NCBI GenBank assembly: GCA_963934165.1
Contig: CAWVXH010000003.1
Coordinates: forward strand, 43,102-107,101
Direction: 5' to 3'
Length of the DNA stretch: 64,000 nucleotides
Source of the DNA: an uncultured Candidatus Poseidoniales archaeon
Lineage (GTDB): Archaea; Thermoplasmatota; Poseidoniia; Poseidoniales; Thalassarchaeaceae
This document shows, piece after piece, positions 28,867 to 38,985 of the stretch. Position numbers and translations under genes: made by a program. The notes under the pieces were generated by a model, which saw only the letters and a list, made by a program, of their open reading frames with translations, ran no database searches and was not told the origin of the DNA. Positions within the stretch are counted from its first letter, which is position 1. Each line of letters starts with the position of its first letter.

Positions 28867-29643
28867 ATGGAGATTACGTTGCGACGACACATCCATCTTG
28901 AACATGATGGAAAATTACTACTCCTAAATATTGATGGAACTGGACCAGCGATACCTAGGGCGGGAAGAACTACTTGGGATGGTGGTGAATTTCTAATTCG
29001 TTTACCGTCGCCGACAGAAGCAGAAGATCTAGGATTAACTTGGACAGAAAAGCGCCGTAATAATTTCCAATTAGGAAATGATGAACACGAAATTATCATT
29101 GCATCACCAAATATTCAATGGCCTGAAAATTGGGCATGGAAGGATGCTGTGATCAGTGATAGTGCAGTTGATCCTGTTGCTCGAGAATCTGTTTACCGGA
29201 CTTTACATCGAGTTGTTTCGAAAGTTATTATTCAAAATTCGAAAAGTGAAATTCTACTTGCTAAAGTTAGAAGAGGGTTTTTCACAGGTTGCTGGACACT
29301 TCCAGGTGGATTTGTTGATTATTCAGAGCACCCACGAACAGGTGCAGTTAGAGAAGTAAAAGAAGAATTGGGACTTAATATTACCATTGCGGATCCAAAA
29401 TCAGAATGTGGTGAAGAAATTCCAGGAATTGATGGAGCACTCATTCAACAGGCAATATTTGGCGAAAATGGATTGAGTTGGCTTTCTTTTTCATACCACA
29501 CTGTGATGGACATTCAAGCCGACCAAATAATTCCGAAGGATGATGAAATTGAAAAGGCAGAATGGTTTTCTCCTGAGGCAGCTCTAGAAGTTGCAGTCAG
29601 CGCCTTCGATATCGAAGCGATAAGGAGAATTTTGGAGAAATAA
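28867..29643 (+). CDS. NUDIX hydrolase with unknown ~130-aa N-terminal domain
   Basis: Nudix box GCWTLPGGFVDYSEHPRTGAVREVKEELGL. Confidence 0.7.
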   Translation: MEITLRRHIHLEHDGKLLLLNIDGTGPAIPRAGRTTWDGGEFLIRLPSPTEAEDLGLTWTEKRRNNFQLGNDEHEIIIASPNIQWPENWAWKDAVISDSAVDPVARESVYRTLHRVVSKVIIQNSKSEILLAKVRRGFFTGCWTLPGGFVDYSEHPRTGAVREVKEELGLNITIADPKSECGEEIPGIDGALIQQAIFGENGLSWLSFSYHTVMDIQADQIIPKDDEIEKAEWFSPEAALEVAVSAFDIEAIRRILEK

Positions 29644-29697
29644 TAGTTTAAATTATGAATTTATTATTTATTAAAAGATGATTTTTACATCAAATAA

Positions 29698-29775
29698 TGG
29701 TGGGCCTGCCTGGATTTGAACCAGAGTCTGTTCGTCCCAAACGAACAAGCATAGACCAGACTAACCCACAGGCCC
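29698..29775 (-). tRNA. tRNA-Pro (anticodon UGG), CCA encoded
   Basis: Minus strand GGGCCUG..GUUCG-UUUGGGA-CGAAC..UCUGG-UUCAAAU-CCAGG-CAGGCCC-A-CCA. Acceptor, anticodon and T arms fold cleanly; the D stem is weak. Confidence 0.9.
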
Positions 29776-29812
29776 TGTGAGTAAACCGCCCACCAACGAT
29801 TGGGTCATGAAC

Positions 29813-30262
29813 TTAACCCAACCAATTCCATGTATCAGAGTCCACCCTAATCAATAGTCCCTGCATTTCTGCTTGACCAATTATTTGTTCGGCCGTTGTA
29901 TTATCAAATCCCTCTATCATCATTGTATTTATGACCGACTCCAAACTTAGATCGCCATTATCTCCTAAAGAATTTTTTATTATTCTAAGCATCATTTCCC
30001 CTCCACCATCACTATTCGATTGGGATTTGATATTTTTCTGCCGTTCAATCTCCATCTTTTTAGAAAATTCTTTATGGAGTCCTTTTGGTAAATTCATTGC
30101 AGATACTGCCAAGGCTAAATCAGAATTTGTCTCAAATTTAGCAATAATGGATAGTTTTTGATTTGAATGGCAATGATAGCAATTAGCATAATGCAAATTC
30201 TGGCTTCCAAAAGAATGACCACATTTACAGCGAATCAATAACCATTCGCCGCCCATAACCAA
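29813..30262 (-). CDS. Hypothetical zinc-ribbon protein with helical C-terminal domain
   Basis: CKCGH-x14-CYHCH four-Cys ribbon near the N-terminus; no signal peptide. Confidence 0.5.
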   Translation of the reverse strand: MVMGGEWLLIRCKCGHSFGSQNLHYANCYHCHSNQKLSIIAKFETNSDLALAVSAMNLPKGLHKEFSKKMEIERQKNIKSQSNSDGGGEMMLRIIKNSLGDNGDLSLESVINTMMIEGFDNTTAEQIIGQAEMQGLLIRVDSDTWNWLG

Positions 30263-30335
30263 TAGTCGGAACTAATAGTCGATAAATTGTTGCTATCGGC
30301 GATAGTAATTTCAAACAAAGCCATGACGGAGCATC

Positions 30336-30614
30336 GTGTTCGGAACGATCAAATCATACATCATTTGGTTTTTCACTGGAATCTTACTTGCTCTTTCTAT
30401 TAATTCATTCACAACAGATGGCCCTTCAGTTGAAGCTTGGGCGTATCTAATGTTGACTCCTTTTCCATTATTCTTTATTTCAAAAAGTTTGGAAAAAAAT
30501 AATATTAATAGCGACCTTGAAGAGGTTTTTCGAGGTGATGAAGGAGATGAGAATATCGAATCACCTCACGCCTGTGACCCTATTAATGAGGGGTTTGATA
30601 CCCCACTTTTGTGA
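30336..30614 (+). CDS. Small hypothetical membrane protein (2 TM, acidic tail)
   Basis: ORF with GTG start and two hydrophobic segments; no homology recognised. Confidence 0.35.
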   Translation: MFGTIKSYIIWFFTGILLALSINSFTTDGPSVEAWAYLMLTPFPLFFISKSLEKNNINSDLEEVFRGDEGDENIESPHACDPINEGFDTPLL

Positions 30615-32531
30615 TCAAAGCAATCTCAGAGTCTCTAAGTTCGCTGGTGCATAAGTTTGAACACGAAATTTCTCTCTCAAGCCCTGCCTAAATGCATTAC
30701 ATGTATGCGCATCACCATGATGACAAATTATCTTTCTCGGCGTCGGATTTAGCGCGCCAACATAATCCATCAATTGTTTTCGGTCGGAATGTCCGCTAAA
30801 TCCGTCGATTTTTCGAAGTGAACAATTCACTTGGATCATCAATGTTTGACCCTTATCTACGAGGGGGACGGTAGAATGTCCATCACGAAGGCGACTTCCT
30901 AGAGTACCTGAGGCCTGGTAACCAACAAAACAGAGGGTATTCGAAGGTTCAGGTGCCCAGTATTTGAAATATTCAACGATTGGCCCTCCAGTCATCATTC
31001 CACTAGTAGCCAAAACAATACAAGGGCTAGGATCTAAAAGAATTGACTCTCGTTGATCTCTCGACTCGACCTGCTTAAACCACTTCGAATGGAAGGGATT
31101 ATCATTACCTCCCTTCAACATTTTTTTCCTTAAATCTCGATTTAAGAATTTCGGATGGCTAGAATGAATCGCTGTAGCTTCAGAAATCATTCCATCTAAC
31201 CAAACAGTGCATGGGGATACTTTACCTGATTTGAACAATTCATCTATGGCAATCATCACTTCTTGAGAACGTCCAACTGCGAAAACAGGACAGAAAATTT
31301 TTCCACCTCGTCCAATTACATCCATGATTAATTCTTGTAATTCATGAGAAGCGGCTTCCCGAGTTGGTTGAAGATCTTGGGGGCCGCCATAAGTAGATTC
31401 AATAATCAAGGTGTCAACCTTTGGATATCTTACTGTTGCCGCATCGAATAACCAAGATTTTTCATATTTAATATCTCCAGAGAATAATATTCGATGCTCA
31501 TTTTTACCTTCTCCAACACTCATATAAACACTCGAAGAACCTAAAATATGCCCCGCATTTTCCATCGTCATTTTGATATCTGGTGCGATATCTGTTTTTT
31601 CTCCCCAATTGACATCGACTACATGTTTGATACATTCTTGAATATCAGCCTTCGAATAGGGAGGTTCATTTCCTTCCGCAGCACTGACTTTGATGTAATC
31701 AATTTGTAATAATGTCATCAAATCACGTGTTGGTGGAGTACAATATACAGGGCCACGATAACCATAACGGAATAGAACTGGTAACATTCCGATATGGTCT
31801 ACATGTGCATGGGTAATCACAATCGCATCCAAATTGTCCAATGGCATCAATTCAGGAGCGGTGAAAAATGGCTGGATCTCATTTTTATTCGTAGTTGGTT
31901 TTGCTCCAACATCGACTAAAATCTTTGATTCGTTGGTGGTAATAAGATGCATTGCTCTACCTACTTCACGATACGAACCTAGGGCAGTTATCCTAACCCA
32001 TGGTTCTCCTGGTCGTTGAGGACGATATATTCGAGTACCGAATTTCCTCATCAAGGCCTTACGTTCATCCCCCATCTCTTTTCTATATCTGCGAATATCA
32101 TGTTGGGTACGACTCTCAATTGAAGGAGCACGTACTACGTTAACCAGCCAACCAATATTATCCCTTAATTCCAAAATATGAGCCCCCTTTGGCCCTACTG
32201 CAGCAGTTGGATTATCACACTCTAAAATGACCTCACTTAGAGCGGGGTCAAGCCAAATTTTCCTTACTTCCGCTTCTGGAGGAATTATTTGTGAAACTTT
32301 GTCATGTACCTGTTTTTCATCGACTAAAATACTTGGATGAGGTCTGACTACTATTTTTCTTTTCACTAATTTAGCAATTTTTACAGTTAAATTTTCAGCA
32401 CCATCGACAAATGACTTTGGAGTCTTCGTAATAATCGAAATAGAGCCAGCTTCAAGATCGACCTCATAGTCGATATTCTTGGGAACGACCGTTGCAATTT
32501 TTTTCTTTAGTTCAGTTAATGTTAATCGCAT
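30615..32531 (-). CDS. fttA: aCPSF1 / FttA: KH-domain beta-CASP metallo-beta-lactamase ribonuclease (archaeal transcription termination factor)
   Basis: Two N-terminal KH-like domains; HAHVDHIG; beta-CASP motifs; about 638 aa, the canonical aCPSF1 length. Confidence 0.9.
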   Translation of the reverse strand: MRLTLTELKKKIATVVPKNIDYEVDLEAGSISIITKTPKSFVDGAENLTVKIAKLVKRKIVVRPHPSILVDEKQVHDKVSQIIPPEAEVRKIWLDPALSEVILECDNPTAAVGPKGAHILELRDNIGWLVNVVRAPSIESRTQHDIRRYRKEMGDERKALMRKFGTRIYRPQRPGEPWVRITALGSYREVGRAMHLITTNESKILVDVGAKPTTNKNEIQPFFTAPELMPLDNLDAIVITHAHVDHIGMLPVLFRYGYRGPVYCTPPTRDLMTLLQIDYIKVSAAEGNEPPYSKADIQECIKHVVDVNWGEKTDIAPDIKMTMENAGHILGSSSVYMSVGEGKNEHRILFSGDIKYEKSWLFDAATVRYPKVDTLIIESTYGGPQDLQPTREAASHELQELIMDVIGRGGKIFCPVFAVGRSQEVMIAIDELFKSGKVSPCTVWLDGMISEATAIHSSHPKFLNRDLRKKMLKGGNDNPFHSKWFKQVESRDQRESILLDPSPCIVLATSGMMTGGPIVEYFKYWAPEPSNTLCFVGYQASGTLGSRLRDGHSTVPLVDKGQTLMIQVNCSLRKIDGFSGHSDRKQLMDYVGALNPTPRKIICHHGDAHTCNAFRQGLREKFRVQTYAPANLETLRLL

Positions 32532-32607
32532 GATAATACCTCTCTGCGAGCCTCACGACTATTGTGAAATCTCCACTGAATGGAGTCGCTCAAAAGCGTC
32601 GTGAATT

Positions 32608-33234
32608 TTAAAATGAAGAAAGCAAATCCGAGATTTGCTCGGGTGAAAGTAGCTGGAATCCATTATCTGCTGTGATGACTGCTAGATCCATACCATTTCC
32701 ACTAGCAGCATCTCTTTGAGCAGATGCTAGTAATGACTTAGCAGCAACTTGTAAAGCAGATTTTTCAGTCATCCCGTCTCTATATTGGTCTTCTAGAACA
32801 CCGTACATATACGGCGAACCTGATCCCGTTGCACAGTATACATCAGGAATTGAACCACCTGCTGAATCAATGCTGTAAACGCTAGGACCTGAATCATCAA
32901 CGCCTACAATAAGAAGTTGGACGTAGTGGGGACGTCCGACCAAAATATTAGCAGTCAAAGTCGCTGCTCCTTTCACAGTCATTAAGTTCCCCTGTTTTAG
33001 TTCGTACAAACGTAATTCTGCAGCAAGAGTTCTAGCAAGAGATTGTGCGTGTCCAACTAAGCCAGCGGTTGTCAATGCCATATTATCTGCAATTCGAAAT
33101 AATTTCTGAACACTTTTATTCGCAATAAAATGACCCATAGTTGCTCGGTGATCGGCGCCAACGACGACACCACCATCAAAGGTTATTCCAATTGTGCTGG
33201 TTCCAGTCTTTACCGCTTCAGAAGTTGTGTGCAT
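32608..33234 (-). CDS. psmB: Proteasome subunit beta (with propeptide)
   Basis: G/TSTIGITFDGGVVVGADHRAT. ATG at 33234 is preceded by an aggtga RBS-like motif. Confidence 0.9.
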   Translation of the reverse strand: MHTTSEAVKTGTSTIGITFDGGVVVGADHRATMGHFIANKSVQKLFRIADNMALTTAGLVGHAQSLARTLAAELRLYELKQGNLMTVKGAATLTANILVGRPHYVQLLIVGVDDSGPSVYSIDSAGGSIPDVYCATGSGSPYMYGVLEDQYRDGMTEKSALQVAAKSLLASAQRDAASGNGMDLAVITADNGFQLLSPEQISDLLSSF

Positions 33235-33399
33235 GAAATTCACCTCGCCTAGGGGAGGTCCCCGACGAATCAAACTCGAATCCGCTCCCTTATGAATGCG
33301 TTGGGAAACGATTCGTCGAAACTTCAGATAGTGAATAAATGAGAATTGATCAACCTTGTTCACCGCAGATGTGAAAGGATAGAACTTTTACCATAACAT

Positions 33400-33795
33400 A
33401 TGGTGAAGGGTATTGATGCTGAACCTCGTTGGATAAACATGCCTAGCATCCCAAATGAAACAAATACTAATTTAAGTCCTGAACAAGAATATCACGACTT
33501 AGCAGACAAATATCCACAAGCACCTGTGCCACGAGTTGGTGGAGACATCATAATTCACAGGGCGGTACTCGATGATATTACCGGCACATCTGAATTGATG
33601 AATTGGGTCTCGGACGGAGATGTTGTGATTGTAGAAATGAGTGGGTTGGTGAATCGTGAAGTCGAATTACATGCTGCAGTGAAAAAATTACAACAATTCA
33701 TTGAAGGTGACCTTTCAGGCACCGTATTCGGCATAGGTCGAGAAAGATTACTGCTCTTACCTCCAACTTTTGGTACCAAAAAAGGAAAGGAATGA
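33400..33795 (+). CDS. sepF: SepF-like cell-division protein (DUF552)
   Basis: The C-terminal 80 aa follows the SepF core pattern (IIIHRAVLDD....L..GDVVIVEMSGL....ELHAAV..L......L.GTVFGIGRERLLLLP). Confidence 0.55.
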   Translation: MVKGIDAEPRWINMPSIPNETNTNLSPEQEYHDLADKYPQAPVPRVGGDIIIHRAVLDDITGTSELMNWVSDGDVVIVEMSGLVNREVELHAAVKKLQQFIEGDLSGTVFGIGRERLLLLPPTFGTKKGKE

Positions 33796-33807
33796 TCGGG
33801 CTGTGAT

Positions 33808-34410
33808 TTGTTGGAAAGCATAATTGAACAACCTTGTCCGATTTGTTCATCCAATTCAGGAATAACGATGATCGTCCATAATTCAGAAATACCTTATTTT
33901 GGAGAACACACTCAAATGACAATGTTGTGCGATATTTGTGGATGGCGGCATACTGATTTCATTCCAGCAGAAGGAAAAAAACCAGGGGCCTGGGAAATCA
34001 ATGTAGATAGTATTGAAAAATTAAATGTGCGAATTGTTCGTTCATCATCTTGTACAGTAATTATTGATGAATTAGGTCTAGAGGTTGAACCAGGGGGTTC
34101 GTCAACTGGATATATATCAAATATCGAAGGTGTGTTAAATAGATTTAAAGATGCTGTAAGTCTCATTTACCGACAATCATTAACCGATTCTTCCGAAAGA
34201 GAAAATCAAGAAAAATGCAGTCAACTTTTATCTGAAATAACCCTAGTAAAAAATGGCAAAAAAACTGTTAAACTACAATTATTGGATCCAATGGGACATA
34301 GTCAAATTCTAGATGTATCAGCAAAACCTAGAGAATTATCAACTAATGAATTGGAAACTCTTCAAGTTGGCCCTACTATACCCGTTTTCGACGCAGATGA
34401 TCTAATTTAA
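33808..34410 (+). CDS. ZPR1-type zinc-finger protein (COG1779)
   Basis: CPICSS...IPYFGE...CDICGWR followed by the ZPR1 beta-domain pattern; TTG start. Confidence 0.7.
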   Translation: MLESIIEQPCPICSSNSGITMIVHNSEIPYFGEHTQMTMLCDICGWRHTDFIPAEGKKPGAWEINVDSIEKLNVRIVRSSSCTVIIDELGLEVEPGGSSTGYISNIEGVLNRFKDAVSLIYRQSLTDSSERENQEKCSQLLSEITLVKNGKKTVKLQLLDPMGHSQILDVSAKPRELSTNELETLQVGPTIPVFDADDLI

Positions 34411-35789
34411 AGTGCATCTTCCGCTAAAAACTCGTCAAGTCTATCTTCCCAAGTTGCTCTCTTTTCGGCTAAATCTTCTAGCCAAACCGTAGCACTGTCA
34501 ATGCACAATTGCTTGATTTCTCCAGCTAACATTCTTCCAGATTGATACTCACGGCCAATTGAAGCTAATTCATCATCATCAGATTCAAAGAAGTATTGTA
34601 AGTATTGAAATGCAACATCCTTTGTTAGATCTCCACCTAGTCTACGGTGTTCTTCTATTGTAGCTTGGCCACCAGAAAATGCACGCTTGACTTTTTTAGA
34701 CATTACATCAATCGAATCATCAAGGAAAATTGTCGTTTCTGGTTTAGAAGAGGACATTTTGTCCCCCGTCATCCCTACAACAAAACGATGGTAGGTAGAG
34801 GATGGAGGCATCAATCCAATCCCCCCCATTTTTCGTTCTAAAGATAGAAGAGTAAAACGAATTCTGAAACGGTCAGTTAAGGTAGCACCGGGTAAATCCA
34901 AAGTCCCATGTTTAGGATTTGCTAAAATATCGGCAAATCCTAATTTTACTAAAGACGCTTGAATTTTATCGAACATTCCAGCACGGGCTTTTCGATCCAC
35001 TCTACCATTGGAATCGATGCCAAATGCTTGAGAATTTTCATCTTGAACAGATAAGGCAACTGTCAAACCACCGTTTTTTCTAACATTCACATTGAACCAA
35101 TTCGATTTGCTAGCTAATCCTCTTGTTAACCTTAAATGAGGATCTTGATCAATGCCTACTGGGACAACGATTGGCCTTAACCCACCATATTCATCCAACA
35201 TTGGATGAAGAATATCTCCAGCTTGAATTAGAGGGGCTTGGACGTGTGCCAAATTCGTTTCTCCTCTAAATCCATATATCGACTCGAACTCAGATAAGTT
35301 AGTTTTTTTACCTAAGGTAAATGCTAATCGTTGCACTACAGACCGTGTACTTTGGAAATACACATTTGTATTATCTGGGTCAAGTCCCATCGCAGCATAG
35401 TTGATTATGTACTCATTTAATGCATTTTTTCGACCCTCTTCAAGTGAGATTCCTCTTGTCGCTAGAGATTCCAAATCGGCAACAGTGACAGTGACGTCGC
35501 CGCCCTGTTCTTGGAACCATTTAACTTGCTCAATTACCATACTGTGACCGAGATGCATTTTCCCACTCGGCATTAATCCAGTCAACACACCGAAGGGATT
35601 AGCTCTCTCAATCGAATTGAGAATATTACCAAAATCACGATGAGCGAAAACAATTCCTCTTCGATGAAGTTGATTAGGATTAGGAATTTTTGATAAATCA
35701 ATTGGTTCTAATCCAAATTGATCAATCAATTTTTTGTAGTCTGTTGACTGTTCTGACGACCAAGGGTCAATACGAGAGTCTGTTGCCAC
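34407..35789 (-). CDS. trpS: Tryptophanyl-tRNA synthetase (archaeal/eukaryotic type)
   Basis: DPWSS....DYKKLIDQFG, GLMPSGKMHLGH (HIGH), KMSSSKPE (KMSKS variant); GTG start. Confidence 0.8.
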   Translation of the reverse strand: MATDSRIDPWSSEQSTDYKKLIDQFGLEPIDLSKIPNPNQLHRRGIVFAHRDFGNILNSIERANPFGVLTGLMPSGKMHLGHSMVIEQVKWFQEQGGDVTVTVADLESLATRGISLEEGRKNALNEYIINYAAMGLDPDNTNVYFQSTRSVVQRLAFTLGKKTNLSEFESIYGFRGETNLAHVQAPLIQAGDILHPMLDEYGGLRPIVVPVGIDQDPHLRLTRGLASKSNWFNVNVRKNGGLTVALSVQDENSQAFGIDSNGRVDRKARAGMFDKIQASLVKLGFADILANPKHGTLDLPGATLTDRFRIRFTLLSLERKMGGIGLMPPSSTYHRFVVGMTGDKMSSSKPETTIFLDDSIDVMSKKVKRAFSGGQATIEEHRRLGGDLTKDVAFQYLQYFFESDDDELASIGREYQSGRMLAGEIKQLCIDSATVWLEDLAEKRATWEDRLDEFLAEDAL

Positions 35790-35888
35790 GGCGTTTCGTC
35801 TGCATTATCCTCAATGAAGGCTGTGGATAAAAAGTATGGGAAAAGCCCGAACCGTTACTGACAATACCTTAACCGATAACCGAAGGGT

Positions 35889-36950
35889 ATGGCTAACGTA
35901 CATTGTCTCGGGTGTGGATTGGTCGGTACATTCGTAGTAAACAGATTAGCCAACCTTGGACATGTCATTCATGTCCACGAAATTACCGAGCCAACGAGGC
36001 TTGACAGTTGTGATTCAATTCATGTACATCTAGGAGATGCGATAGAACATTCTAAACATTTGAAAGAATTTGGCGATGTTGATTTTGTAGTGAATATGTT
36101 GCCAGGAGATTTAGGACATCAAGCAACAATAAATTTAGTTGATGGAGGTTATCGAATCATCGACTTAAGTTTTAGCGAAATCACACCAGATAAACTTCAT
36201 GAAACAGCAAAAGAAACAGGTGCGCGACTCCTATGGGATGTTGGAATAGCTCCGGGACTTTCAAACATGTTAATTGCATATGCTGCAAGAAAAGGCAAAG
36301 GAATCGTCAGTGCAGAGGTGAGGGTCGGAGGTAATCCTAGCGAACCTGATTCGGAATGGAGTTACATGGCGCCATTTTCACCAAGTGATGTGATTGCTGA
36401 ATATACTCGCCCTGCCAGAATAATTCGCGACCGTATGGAAAGTATACTTCCCGCTTTGAGTGAACGGCATCGAATCAATGTGGAAGGAAAAGGAGAGATG
36501 GAAGCCTTTCTGACCGATGGGTTGCGCAGCCTTCTCGATACAATACCTGCACAAGACATGGCTGAATATACCGTTAGATGGCCAGGTCATATTCAGAGAT
36601 ACATCGATGAAAAGAAAAGTGGGAGATTGGATTCCCAATCACTTATCCAAGACTGGAAATTTGATCAAAATCGTCCAGAATTCACTTGGATGGAAGTCAA
36701 AGTCGATTGTGAAAATGGAGAGTATTTTCATTGGATAATCGAAGATCATGGTGGATCTGATGGGTCATCAATGGCTAGAACCACAGGCTTAGTAACCTCC
36801 TCTTGTGTTACTGAGTGGGCAAAAAGTGAAAATATCATTGAAGAAGGATCATATCCACCTGAAATTCTAAGTGATACTGTAATTTATTCAATCATCCAAA
36901 CAATGAAAGATTCAGGAGTTGAAATAAGGGGACCAGATATTCAACTCTGA
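35889..36950 (+). CDS. Saccharopine dehydrogenase-family NAD(P)-binding protein (COG1748-like)
   Basis: N-terminal GCGLVG Rossmann motif; DVGIAPGLSNML; TVRWPGH. Confidence 0.6.
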   Translation: MANVHCLGCGLVGTFVVNRLANLGHVIHVHEITEPTRLDSCDSIHVHLGDAIEHSKHLKEFGDVDFVVNMLPGDLGHQATINLVDGGYRIIDLSFSEITPDKLHETAKETGARLLWDVGIAPGLSNMLIAYAARKGKGIVSAEVRVGGNPSEPDSEWSYMAPFSPSDVIAEYTRPARIIRDRMESILPALSERHRINVEGKGEMEAFLTDGLRSLLDTIPAQDMAEYTVRWPGHIQRYIDEKKSGRLDSQSLIQDWKFDQNRPEFTWMEVKVDCENGEYFHWIIEDHGGSDGSSMARTTGLVTSSCVTEWAKSENIIEEGSYPPEILSDTVIYSIIQTMKDSGVEIRGPDIQL

Positions 36951-38071
36951 TTAATATTCTGAGAATCTTGGTCGCGTTGAACCAATTTTTTGATAATTAC
37001 AGGAGTTGCAATCAGAACACTTACTGCGATAATTGGTAGAATCCAATTCATTTTTATCGCAGCCGGCCTTTCTATTAACCATGTAAAACGAAGTTGGGAA
37101 TCGTAAAAATTTGAACTCCATTTGTGTAAATCTGTAACGTGATGGCCGACGATTGTTACTGAGTGATGTAGGCCGTTAAATGTCAATTGTGGAGTGATTA
37201 ATAATTGAGGTGCTGGATCTATGAATTCCAAAATGATTTCTTGACCTGGACTAAGAGTTAGGTAAGCCCCACCATCAGCATATCTGTAACCATTTCTCAA
37301 AATTTTATCATCGGCTTCAAGATTGCCCAAATCGAGCCAAGAGGTAGGATTAGCTCCATTCCACTCAATAAATACAGTACCAGGAACTTGCCAACCATTT
37401 GCATTTGAATAGTTATTTATGATGTGAATTCTAGAATACCCGTCAGTGGCATTATCATCTGCCAATTCTTCAATATAAGAATATATATTTTCACCCGAAT
37501 ATTTGTGATTATACCATTCCCCCCACGTAGTATACCAGACATCTTGAGAAACCAATAGTGTAATTGCGTCTTTGTCTTCACGGATTTTAACATCATGCCA
37601 TTTTGCTATCCAATAAATACTCAATAATTCATCTTTGGCAACATTGGTCAGAAATTCCATTTCAACTTGATTTTTCTCCAAAGTTGTCGTACGCGAAAAC
37701 ACATGGAGATCATTTCTTTCAAGTTCGGAGGAATCTCCAATGATTGAAAAATTATTTTCTATTAATGTGGAAAAGACCACTTCATTTTCGGTCCCATATG
37801 GTAAACCAAAGGAAATCGGGTTAGAACCCCATCGTGAAGCATTCGTGAAACCCATCAAATAATCTCTACATGCTTCGATAATCCATTGTTCTACGTTGAT
37901 ATCTACCCCCTCGTATCCATGACAACCAAATTCATCACCTAGCGCTAAACGTTCCGGACCAATAATATTCCAGAGCCAATTATCTTCATCCCATTCTGCA
38001 GTAGTAATAGGTGCAAGAGTAGGAATTAAAAATAACACTAGAAGGATTACCCCCACTCTCCTCTCGGCCAC
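36941..38071 (-). CDS. Hypothetical extracytoplasmic protein with N-terminal signal/anchor and C-terminal TM
   Basis: Long ORF, Trp/Tyr-rich extracellular-looking domain, C-terminal ILPIIAVSVLIATPVII. Start ambiguous: GTG at 38071, or ATG at 38140 which would overlap plsC. Confidence 0.5.
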   Translation of the reverse strand: MAERRVGVILLVLFLIPTLAPITTAEWDEDNWLWNIIGPERLALGDEFGCHGYEGVDINVEQWIIEACRDYLMGFTNASRWGSNPISFGLPYGTENEVVFSTLIENNFSIIGDSSELERNDLHVFSRTTTLEKNQVEMEFLTNVAKDELLSIYWIAKWHDVKIREDKDAITLLVSQDVWYTTWGEWYNHKYSGENIYSYIEELADDNATDGYSRIHIINNYSNANGWQVPGTVFIEWNGANPTSWLDLGNLEADDKILRNGYRYADGGAYLTLSPGQEIILEFIDPAPQLLITPQLTFNGLHHSVTIVGHHVTDLHKWSSNFYDSQLRFTWLIERPAAIKMNWILPIIAVSVLIATPVIIKKLVQRDQDSQNINQS

Positions 38072-38095
38072 ATACAATGGTTGGATGATGAATTG

Positions 38096-38929
38096 ATGAA
38101 CCCTCCCTATAGTCGGGAAACTATCAAGTCTAAAACTCATCTGGATAGACTCGTGAATGGCTTATCTGAGGCGAGTCTGAATTCAATTTCATCAAGAGTT
38201 CAATTACACGGTACGGGTGATAATTTCCGGACACCGTTCATGTATCGTATTCTTCTTTTTATTCTACCGCCAATTTTCCGATCATTTACGAATATCAGAT
38301 TTGTTGGTTTGGAAAATATCCCAACGGATGGTGCAGCAATATTTATTGGAAATCACACATCACACATCGACCCGTTTGTCAAAATTATGGCAGGTATGAG
38401 ACCTATGCATTTTTTGGCCAAAGAAGAACACTTTGAGAAACAGAATACAAGAATATTGATGGAAAGTACTGGACAAATTGAAACATTAAGAAAACAAGGT
38501 GGGACTGAAGCGCTATCAAGGGCTGTTGATGTATTATCCGCAGATATTCCAATGGCAATTTTCCCTGAAGGCACACGCTCGCGACGAAAACAGGCACCGT
38601 TTCTTGCTAGAGGCAAAACCGGTGCAGCACGGTTAGCTGCGAAATTTCCAAACATACCTGTTACCCCCATGGCGATTATCGGGGCAAGAAATTTTATGTC
38701 ACCAGGAGATAAAATATTCAATCCTTTGAAGAAGGTAACAGTTAATGTCGGTCGACCAATTTCTTTTGGTGATTGGATCAGTCACTCAGAAGGTGGTTCT
38801 CTTGATGATGAAGATATACGGAACATATCGGAATTAGATGACCATGGCCAACGATCGATTATGAAGAGTTTATACCGAGAGTTTACAGATCAAATCATAG
38901 AGAGTTTGAGAAGATTAGGTGCACCTTGA
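38096..38929 (+). CDS. plsC: 1-acyl-sn-glycerol-3-phosphate acyltransferase family (PlsC-like)
   Basis: Acyltransferase blocks NHTSHIDP (HxxxxD) and FPEGTRS; ATG at 38096. Confidence 0.75.
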   Translation: MNPPYSRETIKSKTHLDRLVNGLSEASLNSISSRVQLHGTGDNFRTPFMYRILLFILPPIFRSFTNIRFVGLENIPTDGAAIFIGNHTSHIDPFVKIMAGMRPMHFLAKEEHFEKQNTRILMESTGQIETLRKQGGTEALSRAVDVLSADIPMAIFPEGTRSRRKQAPFLARGKTGAARLAAKFPNIPVTPMAIIGARNFMSPGDKIFNPLKKVTVNVGRPISFGDWISHSEGGSLDDEDIRNISELDDHGQRSIMKSLYREFTDQIIESLRRLGAP

Positions 38930-38985
38930 GTGATTTCTCGAGAGCATTGTTGAAAGACTCCCGCTGATGAGCGATTGTAGATAAC

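Noticed and set aside
29813-30262. CYHCH (CxxCH) motif as a c-type heme site, a tempting client for the CcmE homolog
   Set aside because: The protein has no signal peptide or TM segment. The motif pairs with CKCGH 14 residues upstream as a classic four-Cys zinc ribbon.
38964-38971. CUGAUGAG (hammerhead core / C-box-like) upstream of thyA
   Set aside because: There is no following stem II plus GAAA and no flanking helices. There is no D box at a suitable distance. Most likely chance.
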